A stretch of DNA of 64,000 nt from Camelus ferus (Eukaryota): NCBI RefSeq assembly GCF_009834535.1, contig NC_045696.1, positions 109,742,001 through 109,806,000 of the forward strand, given 5' to 3'. Positions within the stretch are counted from its first letter, which is position 1. Every line of letters begins with the position of its first letter. Under the pieces are notes generated by a model. That model was not told where the DNA came from. It saw only the letters and a list, made by a program, of their open reading frames with translations, and did no database searches. The translations under genes and the position numbers were made by a program. Below, piece by piece: positions 1-12,422 of this stretch.

Positions 1-255
1 TTTCACTGAGTCCTCCTCTACCAGTTGTTTAATTATTATTATTGTTGTTTTCACTACTAATGAATGTTGAACACCTATGTTTTTGTCTACACCCGCTCTC
101 TGTACTTTCAGGTCTCTAGCTTATTTCTTTCTCCTCTAAAGCACGGTCTAGTTCCTGTGGGGAGAAAATTGTTCTGAAGCCATAAACAATAACATGTGCA
201 GAAAAAGAAGAAAGTATTGATTTCCTTCCATTCTCTCTAGGCAGCAGTGACTTAC

Positions 256-428
256 CTCAATGGCCCTGAGGCAGGCAAGGTAAGAGTCTCTCTTTATACA
301 GGTGATATGAGCACCTTCCAATGGAATGAGTTTGCTCGTAACACCACGGAAATGGGAGCACTTCTCGGACTCAGAACTTGAGACAACGCACCATCTCACA
401 GTTTTCTCAAAAACAGCCAAACACAGCC
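256..428 (-). CDS. INHCA: Transferrin-family (ICA-like) exon 2: (G)LCLAVFEKTVRWCVVSSSESEKCSHFRGVTSKLIPLEGAHITCIKRDSYLACLRAIE
   Basis: Pyrimidine tract plus CAG acceptor (AG at 430-429), donor GAG|GTAAGT at 255. 173 nt, in phase with exon 1. Carries the TVRWC motif and four N-lobe cysteines of transferrins. Family assignment is firm; exact paralog is less so. Confidence 0.85.
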
Positions 429-609
429 CTGGGGGAGAGAGGGCAGGAGTGTAAGGGACCCACCGCACCCACCTTTCTCTGCTGGAAGAAGAAGTTAAAG
501 ACAAGGTCCAGGGTTGGCTGAGAGGGGTAGACAAAAATTGGATTGGCTGCCTGGCTCACATAAATTCTCAGGTCCCATTTCTCTGATTGTACCTTTCCCT
601 GTGGAGAAA

Positions 610-1207
610 AAAAGCTAAAAGCATCCCCCAAAAGCTAAATATAGAATTACCATATGACCCAGAAATTCTACTCCTAAGTATAGATCCAAAAGAATCAAAA
701 ACAGGTACTCCAATACATATATACAAATATTCACAGCAGCACTATTCACCACAGTCAAAAAAGGTGGAAACAACCCAAATATACATCAGTGGATGAACTG
801 ACAAACAAAATATAATATGTCTGTACAACGAAATGTATTCTACCATAAAAAGAATAAAGTACTGCTACATGCTACAACATTGGTAAGGCTTGAAAATATT
901 ACGTTAAACAAAAGAAGTCAGACATAAAAGGCCACACGTTATATGATTCCATTTATAGGAAGTATCTGTAATAGGTAAATCCATAGAGACAAAAAGAAAC
1001 TTGGTGGTGGCCAGGGGCTGGGGGACAGGAGGATGGGTACTGACTGCTTATGGGTACTGGGTTTTCTCTTGGGGAGATGAAATTGCATTGGAATTAGATA
1101 GAGGTGGTAGTTACCTAACACTGTGACTGTACTAAATACCACCGAATTGTACTCTTTTAAATGATTAATTTTATGTTAGTGAATTTACCTCTAAAGAAAA
1201 AAAAAAC
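610..1207 (+). mobile_element. Old L1 (L1MB-like) 3' end
   Basis: gaattaccatatgacccag...tatatgattccatttata...A tail; degenerate ORF2 end (ELPYDPEILLL). Confidence 0.85.
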
Positions 1208-1458
1208 ATTATGAGAAGGAAGCTGTGGGCCTAGTGACTTAGTCTTTATCTTGACATTGGATACTCTAACCTTCCATGGTGATAACTGCCCAGGCATTAA
1301 AATCAGAGGCTGTTTATTTCACTGGTGCTTTAAGCTGCAGTAACTAGTGTCGAGAATATTACAAAGGCAACATGCTGCTTACAAATCTAGGGTATTTGAG
1401 CAAAATGTTATCTTAGATGAAATCTAGAAGGTGAAGGTGACAGCATTAACAGCCAGCA

Positions 1459-1790
1459 ATTTTTTTTCTTTTTTTTTTTTTAATTTGAAGTACAGTCAGT
1501 CTACACTGTTGTGTCAATTTCAGGTGTACGGCACAATAGTTCAGTCATACATGTACCTACGTATGTTCACTTTCATATTCTTTTTCTTTCTTGTTTTTAA
1601 TAGGAACATACATATATTTGTTTTCATATTCTCTTTCAGTTACTATAAGATAGTAAATATAGTTCCCCGTGCCTCTATTCTTTTTCATTATAAGTTACTA
1701 CAGATACTGAATAAAGTTCCCTGTGCTGTACAGTATAAACTTGTTGTTTATCTATTTTATATATAGTAGTTAGTATCTGCAAATCTCAAC
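1459..1790 (-). mobile_element. Lineage-specific L1 3' UTR fragment
   Basis: Poly-T, then ttgaagtacagtcagt...tttcaggtgtac...agttccctgtgctgtacag. Confidence 0.75.
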
Positions 1791-2359
1791 TAGTGATTTT
1801 TGAGGAGGCCTCGCATGTCAGGGAGTGGGCGAGGTACATGGCCCTCTTCTAACGTCCACAAGTGTTCTGCCAGTTGAATATTGGTGTTCCAATTTTGTAG
1901 ATGAGACTAAACAAAAAAAGCAAACAACAACAAAAAACTGTCAGAGGCATCAAATAATGAGAGATGAAGCTAATATTTGAAACACTCAGCTCTATTTGAC
2001 TCCAAAATCTGTACTGCCTTTGAACTATCTGTAAGCAAGAAATATCAAAAGGAATGGGGCAGGAGATAAATTTCCTCAGAGAGAATCCTATACCAAAGAG
2101 CTACTGTATACAACTGCAGTTTTTTTTTTTTCCTTTCTCAAAGGTAAGCACTTACTGGGAAAGCGTTTTGGAAAGTCTGCATTTTCAGTCACCTGTGCTT
2201 ATGTTCAGATGATTACGATTGTAGCTTTGGCACTTCCCATGTATTTTAGAAGTGTGAGTATAAAATAGGGTGAATGACGTTTACATTGTTGAGGAAAAGC
2301 TAAAGTCTTGACAAACACATGGTACGAAAACAGGGAACTAAACAACAATAGAATTGTAA

Positions 2360-3780
2360 GATTTATACTACCTTCAAAACTTACTACAAACTGACAGTAA
2401 CCAAGGCAGAGTGCTATTGGCACAAGAAGAGACACAGAGCTCAATGAAACAGAACACAGAGTCTAGAAATTGACCCACATAAAGGTCAGTACATTTTCAA
2501 CAAAGCTGCAAAGGTAATTCAGGAGGCGAAAGGATATTCTTTTCAAAAACAAGTCCTAGAATAACTGGATATCCCCATGAGAAAAGTAAATCTCAACTCT
2601 TACTTTACACCATATATAAAAATTAACTAAAAATGTACCGTAGACTAAAACATAAAAACTGAGGCTCTAAAACTTCTAAAGTAAAACAGAGAGGAAAATA
2701 TTGAGACTTTAGGGATAGCCAATTCCATTTTTAGAGAGGACACAAAACATAAAAACAAAAAAAATAAAAATAGGTAGGTGAACCTGATTGAAATGTAAAA
2801 CAGCTGCTCTTCAAAATATATCTTTTGGAAAATGGAAAATTAAGCTACAAGCTTGAAGAAAACAATTATAATACATCTATTTGACCAAGGGCTTGTATCC
2901 AGAATAAATAAAGGGCTTTTTAAACTCAATAATAAGTCAAATAATCCAATTGAAAAAATATTGAAATATTTGAACAGATACTTTATTAAAGAAGATATAC
3001 AAGTGGCCAATAAAAACAGGAAAAAATGTTCAATATTATTACTCATCAGAGAAATGCAATTTAAAACCATAGTGAGATGCCACAACACACCTACTAGAAT
3101 GGCTAAATGTGAACATACTGACAACACCAAGTGTTGGCAGGATGTCCAGCATCTGAAATTCTCATATTGCTGGTGGGAATGTAAAATGGTACAACTAATC
3201 AGAAAAGTTTGACATTTTCTTAACAAGGTAAACATACACTTACCATTTTGACCCAGGATACCACTCTCAGATGTTTATTCAAAAGAAATGAAAACATATG
3301 CCCACCCAAAGACTTGTACACTAACATTCATAGCAGCTTTAGTCGTAAAACGCCCAAACTGCAGTCAACCTCAACATCCACTAACAAATGCATAGATAAC
3401 AAACTGTGGTAAAGCCACACCACAGCATACTACTCAGCAATAAAAAGGAGTCAACTTTGATACCACAACAATGTGGATGAACCCCTAGACAATTATGCTG
3501 AGTGAAAAAAAATCCAGACACAAAAGACTATGTACTGTATGATTCCATTTATGTGAAGTCCTAGAAAAGGCAAAACTTACCAAAACTGGGGAAAAAATGG
3601 GAATGACTGGGAAGGGGTAGGGAACAGATTGGGAGTGATGGTAATGTTCTATATCGTGATTGTGGCAGTAGTTACATGGGTAGATATATTTGTCAAAATT
3701 CACTGAACTGTATGTATACTTAAAGGAGGGCATTTTATTATATGTAAGTTATACATCAATAAAAATGATTTTAAAAAGAC
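2360..3780 (+). mobile_element. Old L1 (L1MC-like) ORF2 end and 3' UTR
   Basis: Degenerate ORF2 (IREMQFKT...KCWQDV...CWWEC) followed by a typical 3' UTR. Confidence 0.85.
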
Positions 3781-3896
3781 AAAGAACGAGAGTGTGTGCA
3801 AGCAAGATAAGGGTCGGTGGAGTAAAGTAACCTAAACGAAGCCAGCCATCAATAACTCCACCTGACAGTGGGAGGATTTCAAGAAGGGGCGATTGT

Positions 3897-4010
3897 GGGG
3901 AGGGTATCGCTCAGTGCTGTAGAGGGCAAGCTTAGCATGCACGGGGTCCTGGGTTCAATCCCCAGGACCGCCACTAAAATTTTTTTAAATAAAAACTTAA
4001 AAAGATAAAG
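3897..4010 (+). mobile_element. tRNA-derived SINE (Vic-1-like)
   Basis: ggggagggtatcgctcagtg...gggttcaatcccc (A and B boxes), A-rich tail. Confidence 0.85.
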
Positions 4011-4138
4011 TATATATATGTGTGTGCGTGTTATATATATATACTTTATATATACATACATACGTATATACATATATATATATACACATACATACGTATA
4101 TATATATATATATATAACACACACACATATATATATAT
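4011..4138. repeat. Compound (TA)n/(CA)n/(TG)n microsatellite
   Basis: Directly visible, abutting a SINE tail. Confidence 0.95.
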
Positions 4139-5441
4139 GGGCAATCAGAGCCCATAGTGAATATTTCAATCTGATCCTGGAAGGGAAAAGCTGCTGATGG
4201 CCACATGTTCACTACATGGAGAAATCTCTTCCCCAGAAGAGCAAGAGGCAGAGAAAGTAGGTGGCGGCTAAGGTGGAGGATGTTCTGAGCCCCTGATTCT
4301 TGGCTCTTGCAAGGCCTACTAATAACCATTCCCTCTCCTTTGGCCTTTTGAGTTTAAACTAGTTTGGTTGCATATCTGTCATTTGCCACCAGAAAAGTTT
4401 TTGTTGGCAGAGAACACTGAGCTTTGAAGAAGGCACGTCCTGGACTGCAGCCTTGTCCAGCAGCCAAGAGGAACGGAATGTTGGGGGAGGGGGGCAATGC
4501 TGGGGGAGAGGCAGCTCCTGCCTCTGGTTTGTAAACACAGAATTGACTGGGAAAATGAACTTTTGGTCAGTATCTGACACTGCCAAGAGAGGGGATGGAG
4601 GAAGAACAAACACCACAAGCCCTGTTCAGGAACAATGAGGGAGAGACCAAGGGGGCTGTACTTTGGATTTCCTGTGAGGTAGCGGGACCACAGCTATAGC
4701 TACCTTGCCAGCCTGCCCCAGCCCCAGGCCAGCTCCCTGTGTAGCCCTAGGTGGCAGCACTGGGCCAGGGAGGGTCCACCACAAGCACTCCTCGCCCTTC
4801 CTGCCTTCTCCTTCTGCCCTGCCTAGACTACCCCTTCCCCCATGATAGATGCCCTATCCCAGAAATGCTCTGACAGCCTGAGACTTGCCTAAGCCAGGGC
4901 TGGACAAACCCAGTTGTTAAGCCAGGGAGGACTGTCCTCCTGCATCTCGGTAACTTTTCACCATTGTCTTCCTTACAGCTACCCAGCCAAGAGCTCTGCT
5001 GACCCCCAACACAGGAAGGGGCCCCTCATGTTTATGTGCAGGATTTTTTTCTAGTGATAACTCACCTGTATTTAGAGCTGTGTCCTTAGGTACCTAACCT
5101 CATTTCACTTTCACAACAACTGCGTATTTGTTGTGAAAAAGCAATTTCTACAGAACTGAGGAAATTAGCTCAGAGGGGGCAAGGGATCACCCAGAGTCAC
5201 ACGGCACTGAGTGGTGGGTGGATCCCATTCTAGGCTGATTGTTTCTCCCCTGTATTCCCTCACCTCCCTGGTTTGTGGTAGGGATGGGAAGCATTGTACA
5301 GTTTAGAGCAGAAAAGATCTTTTTAGTTACATACCTGACATGCCGTGTGCCCCCTTCCCCTTCTTAGTAATAATCCATGAGCCCTGGAATTCTCCTTGAC
5401 CTTGTTTCCTCCGCTGTGAACTGGTTCAACAACCTCTAGGC

Positions 5442-5772
5442 TAGGGGTCATGAACTTTTTCTGTAACGGACTAGCTGGTCAATTACTAGATTTGTAGGAC
5501 ACACACAATCTCTGTGGCAATTACTTAACCCTGCGCTTAAAGCCTGAAAGCAGCCATGGACAATGCTTACCTGAATCAGCATGATGCTGTTGCAAAAAAA
5601 AATTCTATTTATCGATGCTGACATTCGAATTTCATGCAATTTTCGTGTGTCAACTAGTCTTTTTTATTCTCTTTCATCCATATAAAGATGTACAAACCAT
5701 TCTTAGCTTATCGGGCTGTACGTCAGGCAGCAGGCGGAATTTGGCCGGCTGGTTCTAGTTTGTGAACCCCTG
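5442..5772 (+). mobile_element. hAT-Charlie MITE (MER58B-like)
   Basis: Terminal inverted repeats (taggggtc / aacccctg) and a perfect 8-bp TSD CTCTAGGC at 5434-41 and 5773-80. Confidence 0.85.
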
Positions 5773-5799
5773 CTCTAGGCTACCGGTTTCTGCAAGGGC

Positions 5800-6750
5800 G
5801 AAAGTTTGTCAGGTGCAAGGATGCCGCGGCAGGCGGAAGGCACTTTGTGGCCAGCCAGGCGCTGGGCTGCTTTGAGGTCTCTTAGATCAGGCAGTGCAGT
5901 ATCCTGCGATGGCTGACCCTTGGCTAGCATCCTGTCCCTAACCTGGAGGGCCGGCCCCCACCCGGCTCCCCGTGCGTACTCACCCAGCGACCCCGCGCAC
6001 AGCAGGACACAGATGGCGAGCCTCATTCTCCGCTGCGGGCACACGACAGCCACCCGGCTTCCAGGACCTCAGCCAGTTTTACCTGCCCGCGACGGGGCGG
6101 CTCCGCCTCCTCCCAAGGGTTCGCCCTCCCTTCCGGGTGGATCGCGCTCGCCACACCCCCACTCCTCCCCCGGGCCACTTGCCCGCCCACCCGCGGCTGC
6201 TCCCTATGCCCAGCGCCCTGAGCTGGATCTCCGCTCGCGGGCCAGGGGTGCGCACCCCGGAGGTACCAGCCGCAGCAACCCAGGAGCCCGCTGGGCTGAC
6301 TGCCTTACTCCACAGAGAGAGAAACTGAGACCGGAGACCAGAGTGACCGCCTGGGCCCCAGGTTAGTTACTAGAAGGTAGGTTCCCTGATCCCCCCAGAC
6401 ATTCATGTAGACAAGCAACTCTTAGATGTACTGAACACAGACTCCTCGGGACTGAGGGGAGGTCGGCAAGGTGAAAACGGTGGACCCTTTCCCCAGGAAA
6501 GCATGTGCACACGTATACACTACGTTTTAAACACAATTTTCAGGGATCCTCAGACTCCTCCTCCGAAAGCAGCTCAGTTATCCACTCCGAGTCCCTCCTG
6601 CAAACTCTCCGGGCCCCCACCTCCGTGACACGGTCCCCTGCAACCTTCTGCAGCATGCTGAGGTCAGGCGAAGCGCTAAACCGAGAGGGTGGCTTCTACC
6701 CACCCCTGCAGCCTGCAGCCCGCAGCCCGCAGCCCAGTCTCCCTGAAGTC
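5800..6750 (-). promoter_or_regulatory. CpG-island promoter of the ICA-like gene
   Basis: GC- and CpG-rich around exon 1, with GC boxes (ggggcgg ~6094-6100) and a TATA-like GGTAAAA on the minus strand at ~6077-6083, about 50 nt upstream of the ATG. Confidence 0.65.
5984..6026 (-). CDS. INHCA: Transferrin-family gene (inhibitor of carbonic anhydrase-like), coding exon 1: signal peptide MRLAICVLLCAGSL(G)
   Basis: ATG at 6026 (minus), 43 coding nt, then donor G|GTGAGT at 5983. Length and phase 1 match transferrin-family exon 1. Peptide closely resembles the porcine ICA signal peptide as recalled. Lies in a CpG island, head-to-head with TOPBP1 as in the TOPBP1-INHCA(P)-TF synteny. Confidence 0.8.
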
Positions 6751-6789
6751 TGTGACCTCTGCCTGGGGGAAATCTTCTGAATTTAGATA

Positions 6790-7560
6790 GAGTTTTAAGA
6801 ACTTTTTCTTGGAGTATAATAAACATACATAAAACTTCACATATCCTGAGAATACAATTTAATGAATTATCACCAAATGAGCACATGTGTGTATAAAAAG
6901 TACCCACATCAAGAAACAACGTTAACAGAGCTGGGATGCCCGTCTTCCAGTTACCTTCCATCTCCCCACAAAGACATTCATTATCTTGACTTCTAGCAAC
7001 ATTGACTAATTCTGCTGATTTTTTTTTAACATAGATATTGAATCACACAATATGTACAAATCTGTCTTCTTTCACTTGAGCCTATATTTGTAAGATTCAT
7101 CTATGTTGCTGTGTATAGTTGGCCTTCAGGCAATGTTGGTGTCGCATATGACCCCATACTGTGTCTGCAGGACATGCTATTTATCTTTCCTGTTAATGAC
7201 AGTAGTTTCCAGTTTGGGCTCTTATTGTGAGTGCTACTGTGAACATTCTGGCACACGTCTTTTCCTGCACATATGTATGTATTTCTGCAGGGTATTTTAT
7301 TTTCCAGGAAGAGTAATTGCTTGCTTATAAAGTAGGTACATGTTCAACTCTGATAGATACGGCCAGTTTCCCCCAGCGGTTGAACCAATTTTTACTCCCA
7401 CTTTAAAAGTAGGAGAGTTTGATTGTTCCACGTTTTTGCTGTTTTCCTGGGAGTGTTGGTGGTTTTGCACTATAATTTTGAGTTTCTCTGATGACTTATG
7501 AGGTTGAGCACCTTTCTATATGCTTATTGGCTATTTAGATGCCCTCTTGTTCAAGTCGTC
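6790..7560 (-). mobile_element. Old L1 (L1ME-like) 3' region
   Basis: Antisense L1 3' UTR/ORF2-end motifs (gttgagcaccttt, gcttattggctattt). Confidence 0.7.
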
Positions 7561-9301
7561 TGCCCTGAATACATTTTAAATAGGCTTTCTATCAAATGAA
7601 GTTTTGGGACTGGCAATATAATAATTCAAACTGCAAACCAAGACTCGTCTAATAAAGCAGCCTCGGCATTTGGCCTTAAGAATGTAAGAATGTATTACAA
7701 TTGAATTTAAACAGTCTGCCTTATTATTTTAGCCCACCATAGCTCTTATTCTGCCCACTCTCCTTGTGTGCAAAGGGTGAATCTTTGTTAAGGAAATACT
7801 GTTGTTTGTTTCAGCTCCTACCAAGACTATGAAAAGTTCTTCCCTCTGCCAGAGACTAACCCTGCCCTCCACTGAGGCCAGAGATAGTCCTGGGAGTGAG
7901 AAGAGGCTGTAAATCATGGAAGTCACAAAGTTGAGAGCACGAGACTATGATACACAAACCTGGCCTCTCCTCCATTTCCCTGAAATACACATACATACAC
8001 ACAAACACACACCTCAGATTAAACAGTATCCACTTCCTTCTGCATCTTGCAGACATCACCATCCTTGGACAACCAGTGGGGGAGATTCCTCTTCCCTTTC
8101 ACACCACCTCCAGCCAACTGAGTTGAGTTTTCAACTCAGGAAACATACATTATCCCTCTCTATGTGCCAGATGACAGGGTGGAGTGAGGAGGGGAACTTT
8201 CACATCTGGTCAGCTTCTGAGGTGATCCTCTGGACTTTGGAGTGAGGCCAGGTGGAGCACACTGAGAAAGGCTTAAGGGCCTCAGTTTACCCGGGATCCG
8301 TGCTGAGCAGAGAGGCTGGCAGGGTCCGTGATGACCACACCCCATCTCCTTGTGAGCTGGAAATAGCTAGCATATTTCTAGTCAGAGACTAAAGCAATCT
8401 TTAGACCAGCAATCCCTCCTGAACATCATCTCACAGGAAAGGATGAACAAGTCCTGCCCTTGGTGAGACACTCATCAGGGGGTCTCCGGCATGGGGTTTG
8501 CCTCAGAGACTACTAAGGGGTAAACCCTTACTCTGGGTCTACTGTGATGGGGACATTGTCCTGAAGACCACCTGCTGCACCCACCCATGCTGAAGACACT
8601 AACAGGCCAGAGACTCTGAGTCAGACTCTCAGCAACTTCCACCTCTCCTTCCACTCGAGGAATCCTTTGACCTTTAGAATTTCAATAATGAAAATAGCAT
8701 TTCCTCTTTTTAATCTAGAGAAAAGGGAATATGTATAGTTTTAAAGTGAAACTTTTATTGAACTTACATATAGAAAGTGTACAAATCAAGTGTACGGCCA
8801 GTGGATTGACATACCATGAACACACCCATGTAACCCACACTCAGAGAAAGGGAATATTGCCAGCACCCTAGAAGCCCCCTCTTCCCTCTTAGAGTCACCA
8901 GTGATCAAAAGTACCCATTATTCTGATTTTGAACACTGTAGTTGAGTTTCACCTGTTTTTGTATTTTATGCAAATGGAATAATAATGTAAACACTGTTTT
9001 CTGTCTTGGTTCTTTGTCTAAAAATAATATTTGTGAAAGTCGACCATGCTGTTTCACATATTGTAATTTGTTCATGTTCACGGCTGTGTAGTATTCCAAT
9101 GGTGAATATATCAATGACTATTGATGGACATTTGGTGTTTTTTTTTTCAATTTGAGGCTATTATGAAGTAATTACTGCTGTGAAAAAATCTTGTACATAT
9201 CTGTTGGTGACATGTGTATGCGTTTCTGTTGATTCTATACAAAAGGGAACAATTTCTAGATCACAGCATATGCCTATGTTCAGCTTTAGAAACTGCTGCT
9301 A

Positions 9302-9460
9302 GGGCAGGAGGGGAGTGGCTATAGCTCAGTGGGAGAGTGCATGCCTAGCACGCACAAGGTCCTGGGTTCAATCCCTAGCATCTCCATTAAAATAAGTAAA
9401 TAAATAGTAAAATAAAAACTTAATTACCTCCCCCCTACAAAAAAATATATAAAAAAAAAT
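9302..9460 (+). mobile_element. tRNA-derived SINE (Vic-1-like)
   Basis: tatagctcagtggg...gggttcaatcc, taattacctccccc, A tail. Confidence 0.85.
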
Positions 9461-10109
9461 CCTGCTGCCAAACTGTTCTTAAAGTAGTTTTCAATTTCCA
9501 CTTTCCTCCCACTCCTAACAGTGCATGAAAGTTTCAGTTGTCCCACATCCTTGTCCACACTTGGTTTGGGCTGACTGTTTAATTTTAGCTCTCCTGGAGC
9601 ATATGATACTCATTACAGTTTTGATGACTGATGACTGGTAAAGTTGAATACTTTTTCACATGTTTATTGGCAATTCAGATATCTTCTTTTGTGGTATGAT
9701 GATTTTTTTTCCTCTTTTTTAACTGAAGTACAGTCAATTACAATGTGTCAATTTCTGGTGTACAGCACAATGTGATATGCCTATTTTTATTGGATTATTT
9801 GGCAATTTTTTCTTGCATTGTAGGAGTTCTTTTTAAATTCTAGGTATGAGAACTTTATTGGACACAAGTGCTTCAAATACCTTCTTCCGTTTGTAGCTTG
9901 TCTTTCACTCTTGATGATGTCTTTGAATAAACAGAAATTTTAAATATTTCTGAGTCCAATTTCAACATTTTCCTTTATGTTTAGCACTTTTTTTGTCAAC
10001 TGTTTAAGAAATCTTTACCTATACCAAGTTCATGAAAATAGTCTCTTATGTTTTAGGAGATTTATAGTTTTACCCCTCACATTTAGCACTGGAATCTATC
10101 TGGAATTGA

Positions 10110-10358
10110 TTTTTTTTTTTTTTTTTTTAGCAGAGAAAGGTTTAATTGCAGGGTTCAAGCAAGGTGAATGGGGTGGCTTTTCTTAACATGACATTTTTTT
10201 GCCCCAAATATTTACTCATTAGATCTCCTGGAATTTTAATAAATGGTTTATAAACCCTCTAATCTGTACTATCTAACTACACCTATAAACTGAATGACTT
10301 GGTGAGCTAGCATGATTGTCACAGAAGATAAGGCTGAGAAGCGTGGCCTAAATTCTTT
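10110..10358 (-). mobile_element. Polyadenylated insert whose tail-proximal part resembles an ERV LTR end
   Basis: T19 at 10110-28, ATTAAA (minus) at 10141-46; interrupts the host L1; degenerate direct repeat tggaattgattt / tggaactctattt. Confidence 0.55.
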
Positions 10359-12249
10359 TGGAACTCTATTTGTGAATGGTGTGAGATAGCAGCTTTCCCC
10401 TCTCATTTATATGCCCAGTTGACCCAGCATCATTTACTAGAAAGATAATTCTTTCCTTACTGCACTTTAGTATAAACGTTATCAAAAATCAGGTAACTGT
10501 CTATGTGTTTCTGGACCCTTCATTCTGGTCTACTGATCTATATATCAATTCTTCCACTTATAACTCATTGTTTTAATCTCTGTAACTTTATATCTTCATA
10601 TTTCATATTTCATAGTTAAGTCCTCCCATTTGTCCTTCAAGATGGACTTGGTTTGTTTGCTTATTGTGGTGGTTGTTTTAGCTTCTGCAATTCCATGTAC
10701 ATTTTTAAATTGACATCTCAGTTTCGGGGAAAATAAAAATACCTACAGAGATTTGACTGGAACTCACTGTCTTCAGTGAGTTAGGAGTGTGGAACTATTC
10801 AAAATTTTGATTAGTTTGGAGGGTCCTGACATCTTGACAATTTTATGCCTTGCAATGCATGAATATGGTATATCCTTCCAATTATTTAGCTCTTCTTTAC
10901 TAGGTCTTCTCTTGATAATATTTTATTATAGTGTTCAGTTTAAAGGTCTTGCACATCCTTACTAGATTTGTTCCTAGATACCAACTGCTCTTTGGTGCTA
11001 TTATAATGGCATCATTATTTTAACTCATTTTCCATTTGTTTCTTGCTGGTATGTGTAAAAACAGTTGGTTTTTGTATATTGACCTCGAATCAGTGACCTT
11101 ATTAAATTATCTTATTAATCATAAGATAGTATAATATCTGTATAGTTTTAAAACATTTAAAAATTATAACATGAATCACCAGTGCATTTAGTGCTTTGAT
11201 GTTTGAAGACGTATCATTAAATGTATAGACATAATTAGATCGTTGCTTTTTGTTTAAACTAGGCAGTTGAAATGGCTGTGAAGACTGACTCTAAACCAAG
11301 AGTCCTCAAATAACTATTGAAATTGCACAATAAAAAATTATATAATTATAATAGTTTCTTTTGGATTTTCTGTGTATATCCTTATTTTTGTGTGAATTAA
11401 TGTTTTTTTGTTTGCTCTTTTCCAGTTCTTATAATTTTATTTCTCTTTCTTGATTTACTGCACTGACTAGAACTTCCAGTACATCACTGCATAGAATTGG
11501 TGATAGCAGAGAAAAGTTTTCAGTAATTCACCATTAGGTAAAATGCTAGTGTTTTGTTTTGTTTTGTTTTCAATATTATTTAGATGTTTAGATTAATGAA
11601 GCTCTCTTCCTCCTGGTTGCCTTTTTTTTTTAAATCATGAATGGGTGTTGAATTTTTATCAAGTATTTTTCCTATACTTACTGACATAATCATATGATTA
11701 TGCCTCCTTTTTATGTTAATGTGGAGAACTACTCTTATTGATTTTTAAATGTTAAACCACTAAAACATTCCTGGAATAAACCTCACTTGGTTGTTACGTA
11801 TAATGCTTTTAATATATTGCTGACAGTGAAATTCTAATATTTTCTTTGTGATTTTTTGCATCTATCTCATCTTTTTTCATGAGACAATTTATTCTTCATT
11901 TTTTCTCTATTTCAATTTCCCTGTAAGTTTGGTTTTAAGGTTATGCAAAGTGGGAAATGTTGTCCCTTTTCTTATTCCTTGGAAGACATCTAAAAGTAGT
12001 GTTATTTTCTTATTAAATGTTTGGAAGTCTTCACCAGTAAAGTCACCCATGTCTAGAGTTTTATTAGTGGAAAGGTTTTCAATTCGAGATTAAATTTCTT
12101 TAACAGCTAGACGAGTGTTCAGATTTTCTGATTCTTCAAGTTTCAGAATTGGTACATTTTGTTTTTCAATGAATTTGTCCATTTCATCTAAATTTCAAAT
12201 TTATTGATGTAAAGTTGTTCACAATATAAAGATAATATTGTTCATTTTT

Positions 12250-12422
12250 AATGTTTACTAGTTTATTATAAAGGATATTATAAAGGATATAGATGAAAAG
12301 CCAGATGAAGAGGTTCATTGGTGAAGTCTGGAAGGGTCCTGCGTACAGGACCGTCTGCCCCTGAGGAACACCTGGAGCGCACCACCCTCAGCACGTGAAA
12401 GTGTTCACAGACCTGGAAGCTC
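12250..12422. mobile_element. MER21-like LTR fragment
   Basis: tttattataaaggatatta...ccagatgaagag...gtctggaagggtcc...cctggaagctc. Confidence 0.6.

Noticed and set aside
3897..3975. tRNA-like sequences with A and B boxes (here and at 9.3, 13.5, 14.8, 35.3, 37.4, 45.0 and 45.8 kb)
   Set aside because: They are SINE heads: they share a non-tRNA body and A-rich tails, several have TSDs, and copies are mutually diverged.
3879..4329. Tyr/Ile/Cys-rich ORFs
   Set aside because: Translations of a TA/CA microsatellite plus SINE.
256..6026. Calling the minus-strand gene TF or lactoferrin
   Set aside because: The signal peptide (CVLLCAGSLG), the 173-nt exon 2 and the position next to TOPBP1 fit the ICA-like paralog better. 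Lactoferrin has a different N-terminus and locus.
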